Assembly: GCA_964035545.1 (NCBI GenBank)
Contig: OZ037766.1
Location: 25,102,126 to 25,166,125 of the forward strand
Direction: 5' to 3'
Source: Bugula neritina
Lineage: Eukaryota > Animalia > Bryozoa
Length of the DNA: 64,000 bases
Each line of letters starts with the position of its first letter. The stretch's first letter is position 1. Position numbers and translations under genes: made by a program. The notes under the pieces are model-generated. The model worked only from the letters and a program-made list of their open reading frames with translations. It was not told where the DNA came from and made no database searches. Shown piece by piece: positions 39,771 to 54,241 of the stretch.

Positions 39771-42700
39771 ATTGATATATTCAAGTACAACATTTTCAAA
39801 CGATAGTAAATGACATTGCTATTAAAAGTTTTTATGATACAGACATTGCCTAAATTATTGAGCTAAATTATGACAATATTTTGTTCTAGCTAATTGATAA
39901 TCAATAATTTTTATTTTAATGAAAAATAATCATTTTAATTTGCTTGTGACAAACAATAAACTTCAACATGCGCCATAATCTTGTATATCTATTTGTTGCA
40001 TTAATTAATAAGATGAGTATGTCTTTTTTACTGTACTGGAATAACTGTTAATTATGCTAAATATGATTATTTGGTAAAATATTTTTAAGTACGTGTTATA
40101 TCAAGTTCAGCAGCTCACTAAAAATGTCACTGATTGATAATGAATTTAGCAAGAACTAACAAAAAATAGTTTATCAAAATTGCAAATGATCAAAACAGCC
40201 TCAATTGCTCAAAGACAGCTAAATTGCTATTATTATGTACGAGCATGTGCATATCTCATTTTATGTCCTGCTGTAAGTTTTGACTTCTAAATATGTCAAG
40301 ATCAATATAATTAATTAATTAATTTGTATTAGAAAATTGTACAAGTTATGTGCACATACACTATACTCTACAATCATATCAAAATATTATGTTGCAAAAC
40401 CAGCAATAGATGCAGAGCGTGAAATTGGTAGATTTTTAAATTCATATTACAGATTTATTGCAACAAAATAGTAGTACACTAAAAACTTTGACAATGAAAC
40501 TATAATTCTTAAATTTTTTTTACAACACCCTTTTACTTAATCTGCCTGACTAAGTTCGTAACTGATTTTTTTTAATATATATTACCAAGAATAAATGGTG
40601 TTAATAAATGATGGTAATAGTGATTTAATATACCTCAATTTGTCATTGATAAATAAAAATTTATAGTTGAAGTTAAAACTTCATTGAAAAGATAATATTT
40701 GGTTATTTCTATTTATTTGATTATATCATTTAGATGATTATAACACACAATTTTAATTTGAATCTGTTTCATATACTAGCTAGCAGGTATATTAAAAACA
40801 AAAACTAGAATCATTTTCCTGTTACTTTATGTATGGGGGAGGGGGGGGGGAAATCAGCCTGCTCTGTCTTTATCTAAATAAATTAATAATAAAATGTTTC
40901 TCATGTATAATATTATATTAATCTAGTGAAGCTCAATTGTTTATTAATGCTTTTGGCACTAAATATTCTAGGTAAAAAGTTGCTCTATTCAAGTGAAATA
41001 TTAAATATTTTGAGCTTTTTTCATTTTCTTATACATAATTAACAAATAGTTTATAGCTTTTGAAGTTTATCTCGGTAAATTGATACAAAAACTAAAACTC
41101 GAGATTATAAATAATTTAGCAATTATTTATAATTGAAATGCATATTTTTTATTTGCAAAGCATTCAATTTCACCAACCGCCAATTCTATTTGCAGAGCTG
41201 CATGTGGGTTTCTTAAAAAGGAAATATCTTCCACTATTTTCTTTTCATATGTGATGCATAGAAATTTGTTTGGGGATATACCATTGTTGAATGTAAGGTT
41301 CTTTTTCAAGTTGCTTAGTAATGTTTTTATCTTTTCAAGTCGAAGCAGTGGAACATAATATTATGTCAAATTTTATTTCACTAGATGATTATTTGCAATT
41401 TTTTCAACAGAACAGGTGCCTATTTAGAAAAGTTCTCAATAATTTAATGCCAGATTACATAATTTAAAAGCTTTGATGCTTTTAAACCTTTCAGGCATCT
41501 TAATAACTGTCTTACTCTACTTTCTTGTTTTAGGTATGACAATAACTAAATAAAATAACAAAAGCTGATTAAGCATTTATGCATCCATTATTACCCAAAT
41601 TATTATGTATAAAGTAGCTTTTCATATAATACATAGTATTACTAATTTATATGGCTAAACAATACCAGGAAAGTGCAAAGGGCACAATGCAATGTAAGAT
41701 ATGTGATAAAACGCCAGGATACTTCAGTAATATTTCCACCTTACCATATGACATGAGTAATAAAAACACATGTTGAAACATTACTGAATGAATATATTAT
41801 CAACACTGGCGCAAATAGAAACAAAAACAACTGCAATTACATAATCGTCAAAATGCTCTCTATAGTTTTAGTTGATGAAGGAAGTATTTTTAGTTTAGCC
41901 AATGAGGGAATCAAGTAAAATGTATTGTCATGATAACGCAATGAATATATCACAATAGATTGCCAAAACAAAGTGGCGTGATTTACATGCAGTAAAAGTT
42001 CTTAAAAAATTTCAAATCACCTTCAAAGTTGCTGATTTAAATTACTGTTCTGAAGTACTGTGCAAAAATAGGTTTGTAAGCTTCTAGACTTAAGGTGTTA
42101 GTGTACAGGCAGTTTAAACCAATCATCGCATTAGCTGCATACATTAATAAAGCTGCATACATATAAAACGTTTACCACAAATAGTTACAATTGATAACTT
42201 GATAAGTGATCAAACTATTTCTAACCAGGCTACTTCTTCTTTTCATTTAATAAATTATCAATTGTAACTATGGGTGGTAAAGATTCTATATAATCAGGCA
42301 TACATGTAATGTGCATGATGTAATGCTAGCAAAAGCATTCAATCATAATAGCTCTAGTGTCACATATCCTTAAAAACCATTTCCGTCATGGGTTCTTAAA
42401 TGCAGGAATTATAGTGACTATAAACTTGAATAAATATTTTAACAAGAATTCATTGTAAATGCTCATTAACAGAAAGATAAGTCAGGTGTGATTTACATTC
42501 TTCTATAACATATCTATCATTCATATTGCATTTTATTATTTTATATGAAAATGAATACACATTTTTAATAATAAAACATACCAATCAAACTAATGTCAAC
42601 TACATTGTCGTCAAAATGCTCACCATTGTTTTAGTTGATCAAGGAAGTATTTTTAGTTTAGTAAATGGTGGAGTCAAGTAAAGTGTATAGTCATGATAAC

Positions 42701-44409
42701 GCAATGAATATATCACAATAGATTGCCAAAATAAAGTGGCTTGATTCACATGCTGTATAATTTTATAAAAATTTCCAAATCACCTTCAACATTGCTGATC
42801 TAAATTATTATTCTGGAGTACTGTGCAAAAATAGGTTTGTAAGGTTCAAGACTTATGGTGTTATTTGTGTACAGGCAGTTTAAACCATGCATAGCATTAG
42901 CTGCATACGTTAATTTGTGCATAAAATACACATATAAAACATATATAGTTACAATTGATAACTTGATAAGTGATCAAACTATTTCTAACCAGGCTACTTC
43001 TTCTTTTCATTTAGTAAATTATAAATTGTAACTATGGGTGGTAAAGATTCTATATAATCAGGCATACGTGTAACATGCACGATTAATGTACAGATAGTTT
43101 TACTCTCTGTAAATTTGTATAAGTTGGAGGGCATTTTTAGCTCTTTCCAAAAGGATGCTTGTAATAATAGCCTGTCTATTATAATCATTGTTATTGAATA
43201 CCAAACTAACCAGTATGCTAACTCATCTATATGAAGTTATAAGTATAGACGAAACACAAGTTAAAGCTTCCAGCATTGATTATAATTACAAAATATTTCT
43301 ATTAAACTTTACCATTGCCCAATGAGAGCTAAAATCAGAAAATGAGCTAACAAAAGTTTGGCATAAAAGAGAAATACGTGAGCAGTACAAAGTTATTTTG
43401 TAACAACATTAAATTGTAAATGATTAAGTATGTGTCAAAGAAAATCATATTTATGCATATTATGCATATATAAAATAATTGCACGCAATACTGAGTAATA
43501 AATTAAACAGCTAATTTTAGGAAACAACTGTATTTTATTACTGAAGGCTATCATTATAATGATTCAATATATGTCTATGTTGTCAAGCGATATTGCAATG
43601 TTGACGTGTATGAAACAATTTTTGACTAACCTTTAGCCAATAATATCGCATTGTGCTTTATTTTTATTCTGTTTCCTTGAAAACTATTCAAGTTTGCAAT
43701 TCTGCTAGATAATATAAAAAGAGACAGAAAGCTGTTTAGTATCATTCACTTGCCTGAAGTTCTACAAAGACAATTTATCTGTTTCTCGAAGAAGGAATTC
43801 TCAATAATATTAAGGTGAGTAAAAAAGCTACCATAGCATGTAGTAAAACTACGTACACATGTTGAGTAGATGCATACTGCAGAATCGTTTCAAATTTGAA
43901 TAATTGAATAATTTTAGTAACAAAAGCTCAATAATACAGAGGGTGAAGGAAATAAATCTTTTTAAATTTTAGAGATTGAAATAGTCAATATACTAGAATA
44001 AAATAAATTAGTTTACACAAAAAATAATCTTGCCAAGAGTTCCATTATCTTTAGGTTAGTTTCAAGTGCTATAAAACAAAAGCAAGCACATATTCTTATA
44101 AGTAATTGAATGTGGAACTTATTATTGTAGAGAAAAACTTTGTTGGGTCATAAAATGCGATTGGTATAGATAGCATAGCTAGGATTCTTTAGCTGAACCT
44201 TAAGTAGTTTAGCATACTAAGTATTTTGATGAGCCTGGTTCTATTTTTTCCTGGAAAACAATTAATAGTAAGCAAACTCTTGTTAAAAGTTTACACCTTC
44301 TGTAATATATTACTGTATTTATGAGAATATTCAGAGCAACACAATTTTCTCAAGGCAATTAAACTAGAAGAAAACAAGGTAGTAATGATATACTTTTTCT
44401 ATTTTCAGG

Positions 44410-45418
44410 ATGTATAAACTGAGTGCAGTAGCCTGCCTGGTGACCGTAGCCATGGTTTCAGCTACTTACGTTCCCACACCAGCACCAACACCCTATAAAC
44501 CACCTGTAGGACATGTCGTTAGTGAGTAGATACCAGCTACATGTCTATACTGCTCACATAAGTTCTCAGCATAACTAAAAGTGAATGTATTTGTTTCTGA
44601 AAGCCCTAAATCACAGCAACAATAATGCATCTGATTACCTCATAATGTAAAGGCATTGAAAGTGTTTATGTTTTGACAGATAGCTAATATTTGCATAAAC
44701 TATTGAAATTCCAGTCTAAGTACTTTTAAAAAATTATTCATGCATATATTATATAATATTTTAGTTGATGAGTGCACCTGCTTTGAGAAGGGTAACTACT
44801 ACTCCCCAGTATCAAGTAATGATTGTAGAAGTTTCACTCAGAGAACTGCTTTCCTCCCAGCTGCTACTCTAAAATGTCCATATGGTCTACAGTTTGATGT
44901 ACAAACTTGTGTCTGTAATTATCCTAAAGATACTGTCTGTCCAAAATACTGCCCTGCACCTTACACCCCAACCCCTAACCCTGGACGTAAGTATATTGAA
45001 CTTTGTAGCCCAACAATAATTACTGTCCTAAATCTGAAGGTAATAATAAAACTATATGCTATAGCAATTATTACATACAAATATATTGGTAAAAATATAA
45101 TACTTCAATGCTGAATAGCTGAATTTTTGGAATTAGTAAGTAATATTTCGTATTCAGCTGAATTTAACTATATTTTTTTTAAATTAATTAATTCATTCTA
45201 CAAAGAATTCTCAGTATTACAAAATATCCTGTGTATTTACAGCAAGCTGCTCAGAGAATGGAAACACATACAGACAAGTACCTGGTACACACTGTCAGAA
45301 ATTTACCCAAGAGACAGCTACACTTCCTCCACAAGCTCACTCCTGTCCTTATGGACTCAAGTTTGATTTAGACACATGCGTCTGCAACTACCCTAAAGAT
45401 ACTATCTGCTATGTTTAA
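44410..45418 (+). CDS. Gene H: paralog of F/G (~169 aa)
   Basis: Exons 44410-44521, 44765-44986 and 45243-45418; intact ORF and splice sites. Confidence 0.92.
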
Positions 45419-47488
45419 ATGTTTTGTTTAAAAAGAGTTATTAAACCCAAGTATGTTGAGGCATTTCCAAGTCATAACTTTGATAAATTATTTTCATTTG
45501 AAACTATTGCCAACACGTGACATAATGAATTTTTTTTACATTAGATAGATAATCAATCTTCCCAGCATATAGAGATTTACTAATTGTTATTCTATAATCT
45601 TATAGATAAAAGTTTACTGTATCTGTTTGTCTGTAATGCAATGATTCTGTTTATTGAAATTTCTACCTTTTCTCTTTTGCTCAATAAACTTTATAATCTT
45701 GCGTATTTATTTTGCTTGTGTCTGTGAAACAATGCATGAAAAGCATTGCCACCATAGAGTAGCATATATCATAACCCGACATTGGCTATAAATTATACAT
45801 AATTGAATTATCCTTTTTGGGTTACAAAAGTATTGGCTCATTATTAAAAAACAAGCTTCGATAATGATTGAAACTGTTGTGTATAATATTGCATATGACG
45901 TTAGATATAACATTGGTGCAGCATTTGAGATTAATTTTCACGTTTAGTAGATTTTCAAAGGGCTATAAAAGGTGATAAACTGCAAATCAATCAAACCAAC
46001 TTTTTAGTGGTAAATTGCATTTTGCTATTTGCATTAATTCAGTGTATAAATTCTTTAGTAATGATGACTTCTTATGAAAAGATCATAAAATTATTTTTGT
46101 TTTCTGTTGCCATTGACTTAAAATATTTCCTTTTAAGTCGTTGCTGAGAAATTACGAAAATAGTCTCGCTATAATATATTAATTTACTCACATATGTAGC
46201 AGGTCAGAACTTCTATCAATACTACTATAATATAGTTTATTGTATCATATTGCAAATATAAATTCAGTAAAAGTATACTAAAACAAAAAGTTGTTTATAA
46301 ATAGCAACATAAAAATTACAATATTTAGCTTTTCATTTTTTTACTGGTAAGTCAAACATAAAATTTACTTAATAAGTCTCAATTTAAAGTCCGTCACTGT
46401 GGGTTAACTGGATGCTGCTCTCATCAAAAACATGAAATCCTCTAGTTATTTATGTGTTAAGCAGGAATTATTCGGATTGATGTTTGAAAGATGCTTTAAG
46501 TCTTGAGCTCAAGTGGTCTTTTCCAACTCAAAATTACCCCATTTCTTTTACACCGGTTGTGCCAAAAATCTGCCCATTTGCGGAGGAAATACTGGAAATA
46601 GTTTTAGATTACGATGCTATTAGATAAAAAGAAATTACTTCAGTTATGCCATCGGAACAAGCCAGGTGCTAATAAATAATTGTACTCTTTCTTTGTATTG
46701 AAAAGCATAACTTGCTTTGTCATGGAAAAAGCAGTGTGTAGCTAAAAGTAATCTTCTAACCTCCTTTACTTCAATTAGGTTGTGACTTTACAAAGGATCT
46801 CAAATTTGTTATCTGCTTCTACCTTTTACTAAGCTGGTCTAGCATATACAATTATCACAGCTTTTAACTTAATTTTAAAAATTACAGAATCTAAAAGCTG
46901 AAAGCTGCATTAATTTGTGAAATATTCAATTGTTGTTAGCTTTTAATCTAGCTAGTAATTTCTATGAAGGGATAACATTTGTACTTGAACCAAACAGTCT
47001 AATTGTTAGCACTACACTATAATTAAGGCATTAGATTAAAAATTGTAATTGAAAAGCTGCAGTTCTCACCCGAGAAACTTGGTGCACTGTTAAATACCAA
47101 CAGCTTCAGTACCGTTTTCAGATCCAAGCTGTCAACACCAGCTTTTGAGAGACATTTAATTTAACAAGACCTTGTTGAAACGCTGCTACGTTTTACTATT
47201 TGATACATATTTCGAATCGCCTACAAGCAAAAAGTAAGATACTTTTTTGCTATTTTATTGATTTTGTAATTTATTTATAGACTAATAGAGTTAGTTATCT
47301 TTAAGCAAAAAATTTCAATATTTGATGTGTTATATAGTGACTGTATTACTATGCTGAATTAAGCTATGTATATCCTATTGTACATTTGTTTGTATTGACA
47401 AAGTAAACTCTCATTACTCTATTTATTATTATAATTATTCTACTCGTATATAAATTTTGTATGCAATCTATCAATTTTAGCCTCTTAG

Positions 47489-47642
47489 AAAACATACTTA
47501 TTCCTAGTAGTTCTAGTGATGTTACTGTTAGTGTTAGGTAAAATACTGATGATAACATCTAAAACAAAACATACTTATGCCTAGTAGTTTTAGTGATGTT
47601 ACTGTTAGTGTTAGGTAAAATACTGATGATAACATCTAAAGC
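47489..47642 (+). repeat. Two-copy 77-bp tandem duplication
   Basis: AAAACATACTTAT...GATAACATCTAAA occurs at 47489 and 47566. Confidence 0.85.
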
Positions 47643-47855
47643 AAAATATTATATTTATTTACTTTTTAATTATTTAGCTCTATAAGTTATGCTTTGAATT
47701 TTTTAGCTATTTTTCATTATAATTTAATTTCCACAAAAAAACTTGTTAATCAAAAAAATGCTCTAGTTGCAACTTAACATTTAAAATATGGTGTAAAATA
47801 TTCATCTTGGGATATACAGAAATTATAACATATTAGACATGTTCTATTTTTCAGA

Positions 47856-50800
47856 ATGATGCACAAGTTTTACTCGGCACTAGCTCTATTGACCATCATA
47901 GCAACTTGGGCCAGTTGTAGTGAAGCCCTGAGTATTTATAATCAAGCTACGGCAAGACCTGGTGATAGAAGATTTGGAAGCATTTCTAGTAAGTTTATTT
48001 GAATAGGTAGTGACAAATTTAATTCTGTTTTATGAGTTATATTTAGCAAAGTAAAAGCATTATCTTCTACCCATTTTCTATTTAGTAATAAAGCACATTT
48101 TGCTGAACGGTCCCTAAGACATTACAGCTTTTTATATATCCTTAAATCATTATAAATTTATTATATATTATTTTTAGTCAACGAATGCACATGCTATAAT
48201 GAAGGCTCATACTTCTCAGCCTTCTCTAATGATTCATGCAATAGTTTTATTAAAACAACTGACCATGGAGAAGAAACTGTGAAATGTCCATTAGCTACAA
48301 AGTTCTCTGCCAGGTGGTGTGATTGTCTTTACTTCTGGTTGGTTGACTGCCCCAATTCTTGCCAGCAGCCTACTATATCTTCTACAGGTAAATACTTAAA
48401 CAGATTCAATCATTTTGCAACAATTTTAGTAACTTTTAGCTGCTCTAAATTAAAAATAAAGTTGATGCACCAAGGCAGCATTTTGGCTTAAAACCAAAAA
48501 TTCTACGTTGTTGATGTTTATAAAAATTGTTAATACTAACTTTATTTGAAATATTAGTTATGCAAAATATAGGTTTCAATAGTGAGCTGGTAAAATATTA
48601 AAGTGAATTAATGATATTAAAGAAATTGGTGTAGTAATACATCTTTCATTTATTTTGTCTATATTTTTCATTGTGTGTTGGTTTTTAGCAGAAACACTAC
48701 CAATTACCACCACACCCATGACTACAAATACTGCTGCTACAACATCTACCACAGAACAAACAACAACTTCTACACAAACAGCAACTACAGAAATTGCTCC
48801 TCCTTCAGAATTTAATTACATTGTTGGTTAGTTCCTCTGGAATAATATTCCTGATATGTTAATGCATTGCAAAATGTAATTATTACATGTTGAGATTAGT
48901 TTCAATTTTAAGGGGGGCTGCATTTTTCAGTCTACTAAAATTAAATTAATTGTGTTTGCTTAATAGCTATAAAAGAACATTCATGAAAATAAAGCCATGC
49001 GCTTAAATGAAAAAAATTAAAAATAATATATATTATATAAATCGTCTTTTAAAAATCCAGTGATCAATAAAACCGTTTGACTAAATATTTCAGTTGATGA
49101 CTGCACATGCTTCAAGAACAACAAGTATTATTTTCCTGTCACTGATGAGAAGTGTGAAGGGTACATTGAAATATCATCTGACTCTCAAAGTCAATATATG
49201 AGATGTCCAAAGGGCAAAAAGTTTAGTATCATGAAATGCTCTTGTAGCATTCTGTGGCATGTTTGTCCCAACACCTGTGTTCCACCTGCAGGTAAGTGGC
49301 ATTTAAGCCGGTTTACTCAATTTAGTACACACACCACATCTTTAGTCTAAAGATTTTTCTCAGTTTACCTGCTAATGCGTATTTTGGATTCTTGTCATAG
49401 CTAATAAATTATTACCAAATGCAGCTGAATCATAATTTTTTTTTTAAATTTGCTTGATTTTCTATGTATTTTCTCAATTCTTTAGCAAATTTAGATGTGA
49501 TGGTTTTTTCATTATGGACATGGATTTTGAGCAAAATTTAATTTTTGTTCTTAACTTGCTGGTGTGTACTAAATAAAGTAAAGTGACCCATTTTATGTTA
49601 TTTAATTTGTTAATGCTTAAATGTTAAATTTTATAGAATTATAGCCGCATGTAAACAATTTTTTTTAATTTCGCAATGTGACTAATTTTTTTTGTAGTAG
49701 ATTTACTTTTATTAACTTCTGTTGAATACACAGTCACCATTCATGTGCCACAAGTTTCAACTTTAAAAGTAGCTACCATTTATATACAATATGCTAGCAT
49801 CACTTTAATATTTTCTGTAAGGAGCATATATTTCACTGGAACTAAACGATGCAAATCAGTTACAGAACCAAAGTATAGCAGCTGCAGGAATGCTAATGGG
49901 TCACCCTACTTCCTTCCTTCACATACAAGGTGAGAATTTGTGTTTCTAGCAACCGAATTTCTATTCAGAATATTTTAATACTAATGTTTTGATGCACCTC
50001 ACATTTATTTTAAAAAAGAATCCTATAACATAATATCTCCTTAATTGCTTTGACATTTCCTGTGTATAATTGTATTTGCAGAGCTACTGTTTATATTCTG
50101 TGTAAAAAGCTATCTAAATTATCTCAAATTATGGGTTATGGGATTCTATTTTATAAGCAAACATTGATATATCAATTATTAGGCCTAAAATTGCAATAGC
50201 AATAATTATAAATAACATTTTTTTAATTTTTAAGTTATAATAACATGTAATCTGCAAGATTTAATATAATACATACGTTTCAGCTTTCAAAGTTCAAACT
50301 GTTATTTTAAGGTTTCATTTATTAATCTAGTTATACTAATAAAAAGTGCTAGATAAGCACATGTATATATTTAAATAATTTATCTAACTTGGTGTACAAC
50401 TTTACAGGTGCATTTTCTACATGTATAGGTTTTGCATTAAATTACACTAAAATTTGGTAACTAAACTTGTTAGTTTTTATTACACTTTAGCATAGTTAAG
50501 GCAAAATTTAGCAAATAATGCTTATTAATTGTTGTCATAAAATATTTCAGTTACCAGGTGTACTTGTTTCAAAGAAGGCAAGTATTATTCTCCAGTAACC
50601 GCGGCGACAATAGATGGTTGTGACACATACACAGAACATGCATCCCTCACTGCACCTGGTAAACTCATGAGATGCCCTGCTTGGGAGAAGTTCACTTTAC
50701 TGAGGTGTTCCTGTCACAGGTTGTGGCATGAGTGCCCAAACAAGTGCAACAAGCCCGCCATTGCTACAAGTAAGCTTCAGGTTTCTTTATATAAAAACTC

Positions 50801-51347
50801 TTGCAAGTTTGTAGTTACCATCAAACCTAAATTCTTCAAAATCATTTTAGGTGTCTAAGCAAGTAAATATATAAAATGTATGTCAACTTTTTATTATAAA
50901 CAAGTGCTGTTTACAAAGACCTGTGCTTGCATGCAGTAATTTTATTAAGTCTACAACAAATTATAGCATTATAATTATTATCTAAAATGTATGTTGAACA
51001 CTTTTATGAAAATACTTTTCAGTTAATGATGAAGCTGCAGCACTTAATTACTTTATTCTATGAACGGTTTTATTTTTTTAAATATATGCAGATATTTGTT
51101 CTTGCTTTATAATAATTTTTAGTAGGGTGTATTTAACTGAAAATCATACAATTATATATTATTGTGTAATTATAATAATATGATGTAGATAGCATGTCTG
51201 ATTCAGGTAAATATTTTTGTAGTCTATCACAATATTTTTTAATTTTTAGCTACGTTGAGTTCCACTTCAAAAAGCCAACAACTGTCAACTTTCAGCAGTC
51301 AGGTAGACCAAGAACAAGAGAGGACAACTTCTTATAGCCTTGTATAG
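47856..51347 (+). CDS. Gene I: peritrophin-like secreted protein with three divergent 8-Cys CBM14-like domains and a Thr-rich linker
   Basis: Exons 47856-47988 (signal peptide), 48178-48387 (domain 1), 48689-48826 (Thr-rich), 49094-49291 (domain 2), candidate 49822-49929 (linker, AAG acceptor), 50551-50769 (domain 3), candidate terminal 51250-51347. All junctions phase 1. The linker and last exons are less certain. Confidence 0.75.
49305..49589. mobile_element. Older, internally deleted relative of the 32898-33318 MITE, in a gene I intron
   Basis: Ends TTTACTCAATTTAGTACACAC...GTGTGTACTAAATAAAGTAAAGTGACCC; shared internal ATGGTTTTTTC; 4-bp TSD ATTT. Confidence 0.65.
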
Positions 51348-53048
51348 AGATGTCATTCGCTTATGCACATTTCATATTTCATAGCAACTAAGTGGCTATA
51401 GTAAAGATGCTACTTTAAAAAAGAGTGACTATATTGTGACAAGGACAATCAAAACATACTTCTCTGCAATCACATAACTGTTACTCTAACAGAAAAACTC
51501 CTTTAGTAGTATAACTTTAGACCTGTATTAAACAGTAATTTCATATGTTATTAAACAGCAACTTTTCAGTGTAGACTGCACCATACTGCTTATGCGCTCT
51601 TGAATAAAATATTCTTTCCATTGGTCTAAGTTTCCTAAGCAACTGTACATTTTCTCCAGTTCTCTTTGAGATTGTGATAAAGAACTAAAACATCTTCAAA
51701 TATAATAGAGCATGCATATAATTTAAATAAGAAGCATTTTAGTTGTGGTGCTACATAGCTACACACCATTTGTGTTTAATTATAACATACTGTATAATAA
51801 TTATGTGCATACTGGTACATACTGTAGTTTGTAAATTGTGTTGGTAATAGCTATGTCAAAATAAAATATCTTGAAAATGTTAAAGATTTAGACCATAGTT
51901 GTTGTAGCATTTGTGATCTGCAAGATCAATCTATTGCAAATCGGTTAACAAAAAGTTTTTGCTGCTATTACAACTACTAGTTTTGTTACATAGTAATCAA
52001 TTTAAATTTCAATTAGCATATATTCATGTGACCCTCAAAGGCATAACAAATAAATTTATTTAACAGGCATCTGTAGCCCGTACTCTTTTTTCCTGCATGG
52101 TTTAATATTCTTATTTTAGCCTTTCAGTTTATAAACAGTCTGTGTGAGAGCCTTATTTACAGATTTTCCAAGTCAGATGTAAAGTAACTTGCAGAAACTT
52201 TAGCTTTATCATTAAATCTTGAACACTATGATTACATAACAGCCATGATACTAGTTATGCTAAATTAAATTAAGTGATGCATTGTGATGTATAATTTCAT
52301 CACGAAATGATAAGATTTAACTAAAAAATAAGTGCTAGGAAACTGGGTATTGGAAGTGACCATTAAACTGCCATACTAAACATTTCCCAGTTACCTGAAT
52401 GATATACTATGGTATTAGTGCTTTGGATTATACAAACCGTGCTGTGAGTTATGTAATTGTATTAGTAATAAAGTCAACATAAAGTTTTCCTATGTTTCAG
52501 TTCATAAATTGGTATTCCAGCAGTAGCTTGTCCAATAACAAAGTAAGTTTTTATATGAGTCTTAATTTTATGTTCAATAAAAATATAGCAGTAAATTTAT
52601 AGTTATTTTGCTGATGGAAAATTCCTATGAGTTTATTATAGTTTTCTGATAGTCAAACTAAGTTTATATTCATATTTTATTTATACTTTGCTTATATATT
52701 ATATTCATTTATATTTTCGATTTATTTCACTGCATCATTGTAGAAATAGTTTTACTTATTTTTTTATAAAATAAGTTGTTTTGGAAAAATTTTAGCCATG
52801 AATACAATCGTACAGTTTTCAACATCTGACTTTTTGTTTAGCTAGATATAGGAAAAAATTTTAAAGCTTTTTTTCGTTTCAATTATTTGTGACTCAATGC
52901 AAGTCTACATAATTATTAAGTATAAAAAGTAAAATAAAAAAATGATTAACAAAGACAATTATTGATATAATCAAAAATGTGTTAAGTCATGCAGATATAC
53001 TGCAGCTCATAACTCCTAACATGTATATTTTAGATATTGCAGCTGAAG

Positions 53049-54241
53049 ATGAATGCTATAAACTTAATTTTCTCATTTCTCATAATTGGGGCTATCCTTG
53101 TGTCATCACCTAGCGCTGGTGGTCCCATTCTAGACCAGAAAGGTAAATCTTAGCAAATAACTATGAAGTATATAAATAATATGACGTGGGTAATTTCTAG
53201 ATTTGTAACTTTATATGCAAAGCAAGCTGAGTTTAATAAATAAAATTTTCAATAGTAATTTATTGTAATTTATTGATTTTTTAGATTAAAAAAAAATTGT
53301 TGGTAATAAAATTTTTCAGCATAAAACAATTTTCTTGATATAAAATTAATTATCGGCAGCCTTGCTTTTATGAGCTGCATATGTTACTATTTAATGCTAC
53401 CTCTCAAAAACTTTTCAACAACTAATAAAGCATGAAAATGTTTGGTGTTTGATACTGATTTAATTCAAGAATTTACCAAAATGAATTGAAATCATTTTTT
53501 ACTCCATGTTCTAAATTGCAATACTTTAAAATAAAGAAATATTCTTGCTATTCTAAAGAAAGAAATAAAGTTTCATTAAATTATTATAAATTTGAACAAT
53601 GTAATGTGCAAAAATGTATCGATGCATCATTATTGCAATGTAATATTATATTGGAAATTATCACTCAACTTGCAATATGTTGGTGAAGCATTATTATTTT
53701 AATTTCATTGGTAAGATTTGATTTGTTATTTTAGTTTGACTGTAAACACTTTACTGCATCTATTTTCTGGGCATTGATTGAGAACTCAGTAAAATTACGC
53801 ATTGGATTTATAGCTTTGCATTTTAGATTATGAATAAGGTAGATCTAATGATTCATGCAGACTAAGCAACAAAATGTGCATTATAATAACCAGCTATATA
53901 AATATTAAAGCTTAACAGTGTAACAAATTAGGTCAACTACCTTGTTTAATTTTACATACCTGTAATCAATGAAAAGATTTGAGAAATTTGTTTGATTCAA
54001 AAACATTTAATTTTATGTTATACTGATGTCATTATAATACTACTCAGTGTTTTTTCTATTTACAGGAAGCTGTTCACAGAATGGTAACACATACAAACAA
54101 TTGCCTGGTACAGGTTGTCGGAAGTTTACTCAAGGAACAGTTTTACACCCTCCACAAGTTCACTCCTGTCCTTATGGAACTATGTTTGATGTGAAGACTT
54201 GTGTCTGTAACTGGCCTAGAAACACTGTCTGCCATGTTTAA
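53049..54241 (+). CDS. Gene J: secreted protein with a single 6-Cys CBM14-like domain (~89 aa)
   Basis: Exons 53049-53142 (MNAINLIFSFLIIGAILVSSPSAGGPILDQK) and 54066-54241 (SCSQNGNTYKQLPGTGCRKFTQG...CPYGTMFDVKTCVCNWPRNTVCHV*), phase 1. Confidence 0.82.

Noticed and set aside
49745-49933. 62-aa ORF as a gene I exon
   Set aside because: This frame would end in phase 2, incompatible with the next phase-1 exon; a shorter exon in another frame (49822-49929) fits better.
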